Source of the DNA: an uncultured delta proteobacterium
GTDB lineage: Bacteria > Myxococcota_A > UBA9160 > SZUA-336
DNA: 64,000 nt
Reading direction: 5' to 3'
NCBI GenBank assembly: GCA_963704165.1
Contig: CAVPHD010000004.1
Coordinates: 581,487-645,486 of the forward strand
Positions 33,938 to 43,880 of this stretch are shown piece after piece. The translations under genes were made by a program, and so were the position numbers. Each line of letters opens with the position of its first letter. Position 1 is the stretch's first letter. Below the pieces are notes generated by a model, which saw only the letters and a program-made list of their open reading frames with translations, searched no databases and had not been told where the DNA came from.

Positions 33938-36523
33938 TTAGGGTGCCTGAGGTCCCCCTAGCTCTCTCGACCGTGTTGCCACCAACGCGGGCAGGAGGCT
34001 GCCGAGAACGGCGAGAATCGCCGCGCCCCCGCAGACCGAGAGCACCACGTCCGAGGCAAGCAACGGCTCGATACGCCAGCCGATCGATTCGGAGAGGAAA
34101 CTGCATACGACGCTCGACCAGAGCGCTCCCACAGCGATTCCAAGCGTCGAACCGAGAATGCCGACCAAGCTCCCGGCCAAGGTGATGATCGCGACCACGT
34201 TCGAGCGCGTCGCGCCTGCGGCGCGAAGAAGCGCGAACTCCCGCCGACGGGACCGAATCGAGCCGAAGATCAGGCTCAGGAGCGAGACGACACCGAGGCC
34301 ACAGACGAGGGCGATCGGTACCGAGAGGAGCGCGCGATACTTCTCGGCAGAGCGCGCGACCCACATTCGCGCCTCCCGACCACGAAGGAAGAAGAGCGGC
34401 TGAGAGCTCTCGATGCGACGCAAGGACTCGACGACTTCCTCGTCCGGCGGGCTGACCCAGAACGCGGCCATCCAGCAGGTTTCTTCAGCGTTTGCGAACA
34501 CTCGGTCGAAGACGGCTTCATCGAGGAGGAGCGACGAATTTCTTCCCGCCGTTCCACTGACGGAGGCGCCGATCCGAAACGAGCGCGGTCCGTCTCGCGT
34601 CGGGAGGGTGATGCGGTCACCGACATCGAGTCCGAAGCGCTTCCCGAACGACTCGTTCATCGCGAGATCCCCTCGCTCGAGGATCGCCCGCGTCTCCCCT
34701 GGATTCGGACTGATGAAGCGGAGTTGGCCACGCAGCGCAATCACGTCCGTGGAGAAGGAGCTGACGGTGATCTCGGTCTCGCGAAACGGTACTTCGACGC
34801 CACGCAACGGTGCGATCGCCTCGACCCGGTCATGCGCGCGCAGCATCTGAATCGTCGCGGGCGAGATCGGCTCGAGGCCGTTGCCCCCAAACGGGTCACC
34901 CGCCAGGAGAACGACTGCAGAGTCGCCGTAGAGTCCATAGTAGTAACCGTCGATGCTTCCGGTATAGCTTCCGATCGTAGTCACTCCCGCAACCAAGCCT
35001 GCGGCGATCGTGGTCCATGCGGCGAGCGTAAGAGAGGTCTCGACGGGTCGATCGCGGAGCGATGGGCCGATCAGAAACCCGATGCGCGGGATGACTCGAC
35101 TGATCCACCCGTAGGGATCCGCACCGCGGTCGATCAGTCGGTGTCCAAGACCGGCGGAGAGGGCGATTCCTCCAACCACTCCGGCCGCGATGCGAAGTGC
35201 GCCGGGTGCGGGACTCTCCAACCATGCGATGGCCAGAAGAACGGATCCGAGCACTGCGAATCGCGAGGCTTGCAGACGTGTTCGTGTGAGGCGGACTGCT
35301 CCGCGGCCCAGATCGATCAGCTCGAACGGGCCGATCTTCGCTGCGCGGCTTGCTGCAGGTACCGCGGCCGCCACGACGCTGACCATTCCAGTCACGATTC
35401 CGATCGCGACGGTCGAGAGCGCCACTCGCGCCTCTCCGAGCTCTACGCCCTGCTGCACCACGGACGCCACGGAGATCACGCCGAAGACAGCGCGCGTGAG
35501 GAAGGGCGCCGCTGCGGCTCCGAGCACGGTTCCCACGCCTGCGAGCACGAAAGAGTCGATGAGCATGGCGCGACCCACTCGTGCGCCTTCCATCCCGGCC
35601 GCACGGAGAAGGGAGAGCTCCTCGAGTCGGCGATCGATCGACATCGAGCTGACGGCGTAGGTGAGCAGAGCGGATGTCGCGAGTGCGACGAGGACGATGG
35701 CCCAGAGTGCGCGTTGGTAGGTCCGCAGAAGGGAGAGCCCGAAGCTCTCCCGTTCGGTGTCCCGTCCGACCGAAAGGCCCACGCCGATCGCCCGTTCGAT
35801 CCTCGATGCGATTTCGTCGATGGGTCGGCTCGGATCGACGGCGAGATCGATGCGCTCGAAGCGACCATTCATCCCCAGAACTTGCTGCAGTGCGAAGATG
35901 TCCATTGCCGCGATCTGGCCACCGAACGCCCCGGCCATCTCTCCGCCGAGCACGCCCCGCACGACGAGATCGATGGGCTTCCCATCGAGAGTGAGCGCCA
36001 GGGGGTCCCCGTCGCCGATCCCGAGTCTGGTCGCGAAGGCGGCCGATATGACGACGGAGTCCGGAAGCGCGAGCAGACGGACGGCATCTCGCACGACCAC
36101 GCCCGCGCGCGAGATCTCGTAGCGTCTCACATCGTTCTCGCCGAGAAGATCGAGCCCGATCACGTGAAGGGATCGCCCCTTCTCGGGACCGGACGCGACC
36201 CGAAACGTGCGCCGGATCAGGGGAGAGGCAGCGCGTACCCCGGCAAGCGCGCGGACCTGCTCCAGCACATCCTCGGAAACACCTACTTTCCCCGCGGAGA
36301 TCGAGAGCGAGGCAGATCCGATCAACGCCTGCGTCGTTGTTTGTAGCTCCTCTTGGAGGGAGCGCGACGCCACTTCGACGCTCATGGCGAGTGCGACGCT
36401 CGCTGCAATGGCGAGGCCCGTGAGAACGGACACGACGAAGCGATCGGAGAGCTGCGATCGAATCGAGAGCAGGATCGAGAAAGGCAATCGGGAGGTGCTC
36501 CCGATCAACCATTCGAAGCTCAC
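33938..36523 (-). CDS. ABC transporter permease, duplicated MacB/FtsX type
   Basis: Two periplasmic + FtsX halves; RLEELSLLRAAG and RRREFALLRAAGA. Confidence 0.88.
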   Translation of the reverse strand: MSFEWLIGSTSRLPFSILLSIRSQLSDRFVVSVLTGLAIAASVALAMSVEVASRSLQEELQTTTQALIGSASLSISAGKVGVSEDVLEQVRALAGVRAASPLIRRTFRVASGPEKGRSLHVIGLDLLGENDVRRYEISRAGVVVRDAVRLLALPDSVVISAAFATRLGIGDGDPLALTLDGKPIDLVVRGVLGGEMAGAFGGQIAAMDIFALQQVLGMNGRFERIDLAVDPSRPIDEIASRIERAIGVGLSVGRDTERESFGLSLLRTYQRALWAIVLVALATSALLTYAVSSMSIDRRLEELSLLRAAGMEGARVGRAMLIDSFVLAGVGTVLGAAAAPFLTRAVFGVISVASVVQQGVELGEARVALSTVAIGIVTGMVSVVAAAVPAASRAAKIGPFELIDLGRGAVRLTRTRLQASRFAVLGSVLLAIAWLESPAPGALRIAAGVVGGIALSAGLGHRLIDRGADPYGWISRVIPRIGFLIGPSLRDRPVETSLTLAAWTTIAAGLVAGVTTIGSYTGSIDGYYYGLYGDSAVVLLAGDPFGGNGLEPISPATIQMLRAHDRVEAIAPLRGVEVPFRETEITVSSFSTDVIALRGQLRFISPNPGETRAILERGDLAMNESFGKRFGLDVGDRITLPTRDGPRSFRIGASVSGTAGRNSSLLLDEAVFDRVFANAEETCWMAAFWVSPPDEEVVESLRRIESSQPLFFLRGREARMWVARSAEKYRALLSVPIALVCGLGVVSLLSLIFGSIRSRRREFALLRAAGATRSNVVAIITLAGSLVGILGSTLGIAVGALWSSVVCSFLSESIGWRIEPLLASDVVLSVCGGAAILAVLGSLLPALVATRSRELGGPQAP

Positions 36524-37245
36524 GATGTCGATCCGTCCGCGGAATCCGCGATCACTCGACCGTCGCTCATCTCGAGCACACGGTCCGCGTACCTCGTCGC
36601 CTCGACTTCATGAGTCATGACGATCGTCGTGACCCCGCGCTCGCGCGAGAGATCGCGAAGCAATGAGAAGATCTCGTCCGATGCTCGCGTATCGAGGTTT
36701 CCGGTCGGCTCGTCGGCGAGAATCAACGCGGGTTTGATGATCAACGCACGCGCAATCGCGACACGTTGCATCTCGCCCCCCGAGAGTTCGTGCGGTGCGT
36801 GCGTGCGCCGATGCGACATCGACAATAGCTCGACCAGCTCATCGATCTGACGGTGGAGATTCGGCAGTTTGAAGCCGTCCAGGAGAAGCGGTAGCGCGAT
36901 GTTCATCTCGACGGTGAGCGACGGGATCAGATTGAAGAACTGAAAGATCAAGCCGACGTTCCGCCGCCGGAAGCGGTCGGCGTCGCTGGCCGGAAGTGAC
37001 TGGATGTCCGTCGATCCCACGAATGCTTGCCCGCCGGTGGCTTTGCGCATGCCCGCGATCACGTGCATGAGCGTGCTCTTGCCGCTTCCGGACCGCCCAC
37101 GAACGACGACGAACTGCCCCGAGGGGATCGCGACAGTCACCCCGTCGAGGGCTCGTACCTCGTCCGCGCCGCGACGGTAGATCATTTCGACGTCGACGGT
37201 GCGAATCGACGGGCCCGGCGTGCGTTCGAGAACTCTGAGATCCAT
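36520..37245 (-). CDS. ABC transporter ATP-binding protein (LolD/MacB-like)
   Basis: [35 protein letters not shown]. Confidence 0.95.
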   Translation of the reverse strand: MDLRVLERTPGPSIRTVDVEMIYRRGADEVRALDGVTVAIPSGQFVVVRGRSGSGKSTLMHVIAGMRKATGGQAFVGSTDIQSLPASDADRFRRRNVGLIFQFFNLIPSLTVEMNIALPLLLDGFKLPNLHRQIDELVELLSMSHRRTHAPHELSGGEMQRVAIARALIIKPALILADEPTGNLDTRASDEIFSLLRDLSRERGVTTIVMTHEVEATRYADRVLEMSDGRVIADSADGSTS

Positions 37246-37262
37246 GGGTCACACTTGCGGAC

Positions 37263-37277
37263 GCAAGGCGCATGCCA
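37263..37277 (-). promoter_or_regulatory. Sigma54 -24/-12 promoter of the ABC operon
   Basis: TGGCATGCGCCTTGC (GG-N10-GC) just upstream of ATG 37245; divergent bEBP gene. Confidence 0.75.
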
Positions 37278-37338
37278 GAAACATCCGGGCATTTTGGCTT
37301 GACAAGGCCGTGCGGGGTCCGCTGTCATACGCAGAGAT

Positions 37339-38721
37339 GTGAAGGGGAGTGGCGGAAGCGTGTCTGGTCGAACGGTTCTGCTGCTGGACGTCGAGAACGC
37401 ATTCGCTGCGGCCCTCTCCGGGTGGTGTGCGCGCGGTGGGCTGCGCGTCGTCGATGCGAGTGGCGGCGTACCCGCCGAGTTGCAGCCGCAGAGCGTGGCC
37501 GTCGCGGTTCTCGGGCTTTCCCGCGGCGACGACACCGACTTCGAACGTGTTCGCGCCCTCGCGAAACTGCTTCGCGGTGCGCCGATCGTGATTCTCGCAC
37601 GCGGACTCGGTGCGGAGAGCGCCTTCCGGCTCAGCCGTCTCGGTGTCGCGGACCTCATCGAGCTCCCGGGTGAGCCGCTCGACGCGGTGGCGCGCGTCTC
37701 GCTTCAGGTGGCCAGTTCTGGCGGATCGTCGGAACTGGCGGCACTGGTCGGCGAGAGTTCACCCATGCGGGCTCTTCGCGAGGAGGTCGCGCGCACGGCG
37801 CGCGTCGAGTCGAAGGTCCTCCTCCAGGGTGAGACAGGTACGGGCAAGAGCCTCGTTGCGAGGCTCATCCACGAGCTCTCGCATCGCAAACAGGGCCCGT
37901 TCGTCCATGTGGACTGTGCGGCGCTCTCGCCGACGCTGATCGAGAGCGAGCTCTTCGGACACGAAAAGGGAGCGTTCACCGGCGCGACCGGAATGCGGCG
38001 CGGGCGGTTCGAGTTGGCCGCGGGTGGGACGATCTTCCTGGACGAGATCGGGGACCTTGATGCGGGACTGCAATCGAAGCTCTTGCGGGTGCTCGAGGAC
38101 CGTGTCTTCGAGCGAGTGGGCGGGAGTCAGTCACTGCCGATGAATGCGCGCGTGATCGCTGCAACGTGTCACGACCTCTTGCATCAGGTGCAGACGGGTC
38201 GATTCCGGATGGATCTGTACTTCCGCCTGAACGTGATCAAGCTCGTGGTTGCACCGCTGCGCGCACGGCAGGACGACGTCCCCGCGCTCGTTCGTGCGAC
38301 TGCACAACGACTCTGCGCCACGCTCGGAGTTCCGTCGCCGAGCTTTGCGGACTCATTTCACGAGCGGCTTTGCGGGTATTCGTGGCCCGGCAACGTGCGG
38401 GAGCTCGTGAACGTGCTCGAGCGCCTTCTCGTGCAGGGGGGCGCGCGCGTCTACGACGCAGAGGATCTCGATGAGCTGCTGCAGGGCGCGAGTCTGGCGA
38501 GCGATGTTCCCGTTGGAGGTGCAGATCGGGGGCGGCGCAACCCCGGCCTCGGTCCGGAACTCGAGACCGACGAGGCCGCGGACGCCTCGCGTATCGCGAC
38601 GGCGCTGCGCGAGGCGGGTGGGAACGTATCGCGAGTCTCCCGTCGCCTCGATCTCCCCCGCGGGACGCTCCGCCACCGCATTCACAAGTACAGGCTCGAT
38701 CACCTCATCCAACGGGACTGA
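37339..38721 (+). CDS. Sigma54-dependent transcriptional activator (bEBP) with degenerate receiver and Fis HTH
   Basis: GETGTGKS, ESELFGHEKGAFTGA, FLDEIG, WPGNVREL. Confidence 0.93.
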   Translation: MKGSGGSVSGRTVLLLDVENAFAAALSGWCARGGLRVVDASGGVPAELQPQSVAVAVLGLSRGDDTDFERVRALAKLLRGAPIVILARGLGAESAFRLSRLGVADLIELPGEPLDAVARVSLQVASSGGSSELAALVGESSPMRALREEVARTARVESKVLLQGETGTGKSLVARLIHELSHRKQGPFVHVDCAALSPTLIESELFGHEKGAFTGATGMRRGRFELAAGGTIFLDEIGDLDAGLQSKLLRVLEDRVFERVGGSQSLPMNARVIAATCHDLLHQVQTGRFRMDLYFRLNVIKLVVAPLRARQDDVPALVRATAQRLCATLGVPSPSFADSFHERLCGYSWPGNVRELVNVLERLLVQGGARVYDAEDLDELLQGASLASDVPVGGADRGRRNPGLGPELETDEAADASRIATALREAGGNVSRVSRRLDLPRGTLRHRIHKYRLDHLIQRD

Positions 38722-38743
38722 CGAGAGGGCTCTCCGCCGATAC

Positions 38744-41530
38744 TCACGGCGCCGCCGCCGTGCACGACGCGGCGGTTCCCGCCGCGCACGGGAGCGGGCA
38801 GGGGGCGCACTTCGGACCGGGCATCTTGGCGTGGAGCTCGCGGAAGCGGGCGAGGTCGGGAGACGAGATGTGGGCGCCGTTCTCGTCGAGGTCGAACGGC
38901 GCGCAGCGTGAGCTGCCGGCGGTTCCGCAACTGGCGGAGGCGCGCTCGTGGCCGGTGGAGCTGCGGAATTCCCGCAGGTCGGCTGTGCTGACGGGCATTC
39001 CGGCGACGCCGACGAACTTCGCGTCGCAGACGTTGCCGTAGCCGTCGGCATCGTCGTCGCGCTGGCGTCCGGTGAGGACCGCCCAGGGATTCGCTTCGAG
39101 GAAGCCGGGGGCGGCGCGGGAGTTCGGGTCGTTCACGCAGTTGTCGCAGGCGTCGCCGACCCCGTCTCCGTCGCCATCGTCCTGCAGCGGGTTGGTGGTG
39201 AACGGGCAGTTGTCGCTCGAGTGCGGGACGCCGTCACCGTCGGGGTCGCAGGCGTCGCCCTCGCAGCGCAGCGCGTCGAACGCGACGCCGCAGTCGGGGC
39301 ACTTCGGTCCGAGCCGTGGGGTCGGCAGGAGCGCGCCCGTCTGCGGGTCGAGGAGCAGACGGAAGAAGGCCGTGGCGTCGGGGCAGTCGTAGACGCACGC
39401 ACCGAGCGTGAGGTCGCGTCCGTCCAGGTCGAAGCGATCGCAGGGAAGGGACCGTGAAACGCCGCAGTCGTTCGATGTCACGAGCTTTCCGTGACTCGCG
39501 GTGAGATCGGCCAGGGCGTTGGCGCCGACGACGCCGTCGTTGTCGAAGTCGGGGTCGCAGGCGTTGCCGTAACCGTCGGCATCGTCGTCGCGCTGGCCGC
39601 CGGTGGTCGTGCGGCCGGCCACCGGCATGGCCGCGGGGTTGGGGTCGTACACGCAGTTGTCGCACGCGTCGCCGATCGAATCGCCGTCGCTGTCGGTCTG
39701 GTTGCCGATCCGCGGGACCGCGGCCTGCGCCCGGCCGTTCGCGACCGTCGGGCAGTTGTCGCACGCGTCGGGCATGCCGTCGCCGTCGGAGTCGGGGCTG
39801 GGACCGATGCAGCGCGAACAGGTGTACTGGCCATCCCCGTCGGGGTCGATCGCGCTCGAGATGCAGTCGGGGTCGCAGCGGTCGCCGAACGCGTCGTGAT
39901 CGAAGTTGCCCTGGTCGGCGTTCGCCTGCGCGGGGCAGTTGTCACGCTGCGCCTCGATGCCGTCGCCGTCCGTGTCGTAGACGGAGTCCGGCTCCTGGCC
40001 GACGCTCACGCGGAAGCTGGCCCAGTTCACGAACACGGGCGAGCTGATCACCGCCGTCGAGTCCTCGTCGGCACCGCACGCCGTCGGGCCCTCGCAGATC
40101 CGCACGTACGCGGCGCCACCGGTGCTCGGAAACGTGACCGGTGAGAAGTCGATCTCGCAGACGTCGCCGCTCGCGTCGTTTCGCGCGCAGCAGCTGGTGC
40201 AGGAGCGCAGCACCGTGCCCTGCTGATTCACGACCTCGACGTGCCCGAGCCGCCGCCGTGGCGAGGCGCTGGCGCCCTGGCTGCGCGGGTCGTTCGTCGC
40301 TCGCACCTTGAAGCGCACGCGGCCGTCGGGTGCGTCGAGCAAGCCGCCCATCTGCGCGCAGGCGGCGCCCGTGGTCAGGCCACATCCCTCGATTTCCAGG
40401 CGCGGCTTGAAGGCGCTCGAGTAGTAGCAGCGCCGCTCGCGCATCGCGCCGATCAGGTGCGAGCGATTCCACGGCGCGCCCCCGGCCTCGACCCAGCAGA
40501 TCGTCGCGCCGGTTCGCAGCAACGGCGGGTGTTCACCCGCACAGGTCGACATCGTCTGGTGTAGCTCGTGCACGTCGCTCCCGTAGGTCGGGAACAGACG
40601 GTGGCCCCGCGCGAGATACCTCTGGTAGGTGACCTCCCAGTTCGGTCCGGTCGCGTACTGCTTGCCGACCTCCATGCCGTAGATCGACCGATCGGAGAAG
40701 CCGTGGGGACGGTAATGCGGGTGCCAGTTCTGACCGGACGTCGTCGTGGGATCCTCGGGATGGGCTCGGATCAGCACGCCGTCCCCGCCGCCGTGATCGA
40801 CGCTGCTGCGGTGGATCCACCGGTACAGATCGCCCTCGTTCGCACAGCGGTCCGCTTCCGGAACCGGCACGGTCTGCTCGGGCGACTCGCGAGAGATGCG
40901 GCAGACGGTGTCGGTGTCGCCCGCGGGAATCACGACGGTGTGCGGATTCTGGCCGTTGGTGTATTCGCGTCCCGAGAACGCGACGAACTGGCCGGGCGTG
41001 TTCTTCAGGTTCGCGGCGGTCGAGTGCGAGAGCGCTTCGTTCGACCCGGTCGATCCGCTGCAGGGCTGATCGGCGGGGCCGCCGGTCCCGCAGTTCGTCC
41101 AGTCGGGGAAGCCGGACGTCGTCGGAATCACCTGGTAGCCGTACCTGAGGTCGATGCCGCGCGCGGGACCCGGCGCGATCCAGTCGAGGAAGGTCTGATT
41201 CTGCGCGCCGGCGCTGATCGCCCAGTCGTGGTACGAGAGATTTCCCCAGTCGTACCCGGCGCTTCGAATCGCGTCGTAGACGGCGATGTTCAGTCCGCGT
41301 TCGTGCGGATCGCCCAGGCCCGAATCGGTGCACACGCCGCGGGCGAGCTTCAGATGGCTGGCGGCCGATCCGGCGTGGCGGTGATCGTCGCCGGCGAGCG
41401 GCGTCAGCGTCGAATAGCTCGGCAGAGGATCCGCATGAACCGCGCCGGCCAGGCCGCCAATCGCGAGTCCCGCCCACGCCGCGCGCCGCAGACCTCTCGC
41501 AAGCCGAACGAATCCCCAGAGCCCGTGCAT
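38744..41530 (-). CDS. Secreted PHP-like metallohydrolase with thrombospondin type 3 repeats
   Basis: GDDHRH, YHD, GREYT, AHP, GSDVH; many DGDG..D.CDNC repeats. Confidence 0.72.
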   Translation of the reverse strand: MHGLWGFVRLARGLRRAAWAGLAIGGLAGAVHADPLPSYSTLTPLAGDDHRHAGSAASHLKLARGVCTDSGLGDPHERGLNIAVYDAIRSAGYDWGNLSYHDWAISAGAQNQTFLDWIAPGPARGIDLRYGYQVIPTTSGFPDWTNCGTGGPADQPCSGSTGSNEALSHSTAANLKNTPGQFVAFSGREYTNGQNPHTVVIPAGDTDTVCRISRESPEQTVPVPEADRCANEGDLYRWIHRSSVDHGGGDGVLIRAHPEDPTTTSGQNWHPHYRPHGFSDRSIYGMEVGKQYATGPNWEVTYQRYLARGHRLFPTYGSDVHELHQTMSTCAGEHPPLLRTGATICWVEAGGAPWNRSHLIGAMRERRCYYSSAFKPRLEIEGCGLTTGAACAQMGGLLDAPDGRVRFKVRATNDPRSQGASASPRRRLGHVEVVNQQGTVLRSCTSCCARNDASGDVCEIDFSPVTFPSTGGAAYVRICEGPTACGADEDSTAVISSPVFVNWASFRVSVGQEPDSVYDTDGDGIEAQRDNCPAQANADQGNFDHDAFGDRCDPDCISSAIDPDGDGQYTCSRCIGPSPDSDGDGMPDACDNCPTVANGRAQAAVPRIGNQTDSDGDSIGDACDNCVYDPNPAAMPVAGRTTTGGQRDDDADGYGNACDPDFDNDGVVGANALADLTASHGKLVTSNDCGVSRSLPCDRFDLDGRDLTLGACVYDCPDATAFFRLLLDPQTGALLPTPRLGPKCPDCGVAFDALRCEGDACDPDGDGVPHSSDNCPFTTNPLQDDGDGDGVGDACDNCVNDPNSRAAPGFLEANPWAVLTGRQRDDDADGYGNVCDAKFVGVAGMPVSTADLREFRSSTGHERASASCGTAGSSRCAPFDLDENGAHISSPDLARFRELHAKMPGPKCAPCPLPCAAGTAASCTAAAP

Positions 41531-41657
41531 CCCGCTCCCTTCCCGCTTCCGCGAACCGATCACTATTCGCGACGAGCCGCGTCTGTCAAGCCAGCTTGTC
41601 AGCGCGAGTCGCGATCCAATCACCGACGCTGCGGTGCGGAAGGGCGCGAGGGCGGGC

Positions 41658-42026
41658 TCAGCCCATGAAGAAGGCGTTCAGCTTGTTTCCGTCGAGGTCA
41701 CGGAAGTACGCCGCGTAGAAGCTCGGGGAGCGCGGTCCGGGCTTGCCTTCGTCCTTGCCGCCGAGGGCGATCGCCTTGGCGTGGATCGCGTCGACCTGCG
41801 CCTTGCTCGACGCGGCGAGCGCGATCATCACGCCGTTGCCCACGGTCGCGGCCTTGCCGTCGTCGGGCTTGATCACGCCCACCATCGGGGCGCCGGGCGC
41901 CGTCGCCCACGCGATGAAGGTCGGCATCTCCATCGCGCGCTTCGCGCCGAGCTCCGCGAGCAGCGCGTCGTAGAACTTCCCGGCGCGCGCGATGTCGTTG
42001 GTTCCGAAGGTCGTGTAGCCGATCAT
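41658..42026 (-). CDS. VOC family protein
   Basis: MIGYTTFGTND...FYD, TVGNG, YFRDLDGNKL. Confidence 0.9.
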   Translation of the reverse strand: MIGYTTFGTNDIARAGKFYDALLAELGAKRAMEMPTFIAWATAPGAPMVGVIKPDDGKAATVGNGVMIALAASSKAQVDAIHAKAIALGGKDEGKPGPRSPSFYAAYFRDLDGNKLNAFFMG

Positions 42027-42066
42027 GGGGGTCTCCAGGAGCAGGGACGCCTGCTCGTGCGATGCG

Positions 42067-42879
42067 TCAGGATACCTCGTCGAGAAAGCGCGCGAGCAGC
42101 GGGTTCGTACGCGAAGGCGACTCCCAGAACGGCATGTGCGCGAGTCCCTCGAGCACGTGCACCCGACCGTCCCAGAGATTTCGGTAGGCGAGAGAGTGCA
42201 GGAAGGCGTTGTCGACGAAGGGCTCGAGCTCACCCGAGACCACCGCGAGCGGGAGCGGAGAATTCTCGGCGATCTCGCGCCCGTCGAGATCGCGGCCCGC
42301 GGCCGCGGACGCGAGCATCATCGGGCGGTAGCGGCCATCGGTCCGCTCGCACGCCTCGAGCATCCACGGCTCGAGCGGCACGCGGGCACCGACGGCCTCC
42401 TGCGCGAACGCGCGGGCCTCGTCGGCGCTGAACTTCTCTTTGAAGGTGAGCTCCATGTGCGGCGAGCGCAGGAACCCCCGCGCGAGGTCGTTCGCGCCGA
42501 CGGGGGGCGTGCCCGTGATCCAGGCGGCGACGCAGCCGGGCCAGCGCGACATCAGCTCGAGCGCGATGTGGCCGCCGAGCGACCAGCCGACGACGACCGC
42601 GCGTTCGATCTCGAGCGCGGAGAGCACGCGCATCGCCGCGTCGGCGCTGCCGTGAATGGAGTACGAGAGCTCGGGATCGGGCGCGTTCGAGCTCGCGCCG
42701 TGTCCCGGCAGGTCGAAGGCGATCAACCGATGTCGAACGGCGAGGTCGCTCTCGAGCTGTCGCCCGAAGATCTCCTTGCAGGACGAGTTCCCGTGGATGA
42801 AGAGCACCGCGGGTTCCGCACCACCCGTATCGACGCAGGCCAGACGCCCGTGCACCGTTTCGAACGTTCGCGATCGCAC
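42067..42879 (-). CDS. Alpha/beta hydrolase
   Basis: HGNS, DLPGHG, GWSLGG, AHMPFWE. Confidence 0.9.
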   Translation of the reverse strand: MRSRTFETVHGRLACVDTGGAEPAVLFIHGNSSCKEIFGRQLESDLAVRHRLIAFDLPGHGASSNAPDPELSYSIHGSADAAMRVLSALEIERAVVVGWSLGGHIALELMSRWPGCVAAWITGTPPVGANDLARGFLRSPHMELTFKEKFSADEARAFAQEAVGARVPLEPWMLEACERTDGRYRPMMLASAAAGRDLDGREIAENSPLPLAVVSGELEPFVDNAFLHSLAYRNLWDGRVHVLEGLAHMPFWESPSRTNPLLARFLDEVS

Positions 42880-42896
42880 TCCGGTAGCCTACACCG

Positions 42897-43865
42897 ATGG
42901 CCGAGAAACGTTTCCGCGATCAGGAGATCCGCTTCGCGAACGGCGCGCTCGGGCGGTCGATCGAGATCCGGAGCGCCAACCCGCTGAACTACCACCAGCT
43001 GGTCAGCGCGCCCGCCGAGATGGCGCCGGTGACGATCGACGGTCAGCTCTTCCTGCCGCCGGACGCACGTGGCGCGCGGCCGCTCGTGATCGTCGTGCCC
43101 GGCAGCTTGAGCGTCGCGCCGTCACACCTCGCGCACGCGGAGACCTTCTCGGACCTCGGCTTCGCGAGCTTCGTGCTCGATCCGTTCGGCGGACGCAGCG
43201 TCACGTCCACGGTCGCCAACCAGACGCAGTTCTCGTTCGCGGCGAGCGCGTACGACGTGATGGTGGCCGTGCGCCAGCTCGCCGCCCTGCCGGAGATCGA
43301 TTCGAGCCGGATCGGGCTGCAGGGACACAGCCGGGGCGGGAGCGCGGTGCTTTCGGCGGTGATGCGGCGGCTCGATTCTGGAGTCTGGCGGGACGACGTG
43401 CGGGTGCGCGCCGTGCTCGCGGCGTACCCGTGGTGCGGTCACCAGCCGCTCGACCCCGACGTGGCGGGCACGGAGATTCGCGTCCTGATCGGCGATCAGG
43501 ACGATTGGGTGTCCGCGCAGCAGGCGCAGGGATTCGTGCAGGCGATCCGCTTGCGCGGTGGCGAAGCCTCGATCCGCATCTTCGCGGATGCCGAGCACAG
43601 CTTCGACCGCCTCGAGCCGGTACACGAGATCCCCGAAGCCGCGGTTTCGCCCGACGCGCCGACCGCATACCTCGCGGACGACGGCGCGTTCATCCACCCG
43701 GCGACCGGCCTCGCCGACCCCGCGCTCGTCGATCGCGATCTCGCCGTGTACGCGCTTCGGGCCGGCTACGGCCAGCGGGGCGCGACGATCGGCACGAAGG
43801 GCAATCAGGCGACGCAGTTCCGCGAGGACATGAGGGCGTTCTTCGCCCGCACGCTCGGCGGCTGA
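42897..43865 (+). CDS. Dienelactone hydrolase-like alpha/beta hydrolase
   Basis: GHSRGG, GDQDDW, AEHSFD. Confidence 0.82.
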   Translation: MAEKRFRDQEIRFANGALGRSIEIRSANPLNYHQLVSAPAEMAPVTIDGQLFLPPDARGARPLVIVVPGSLSVAPSHLAHAETFSDLGFASFVLDPFGGRSVTSTVANQTQFSFAASAYDVMVAVRQLAALPEIDSSRIGLQGHSRGGSAVLSAVMRRLDSGVWRDDVRVRAVLAAYPWCGHQPLDPDVAGTEIRVLIGDQDDWVSAQQAQGFVQAIRLRGGEASIRIFADAEHSFDRLEPVHEIPEAAVSPDAPTAYLADDGAFIHPATGLADPALVDRDLAVYALRAGYGQRGATIGTKGNQATQFREDMRAFFARTLGG

Positions 43866-43880
43866 TACCCTGCGCGGCGC

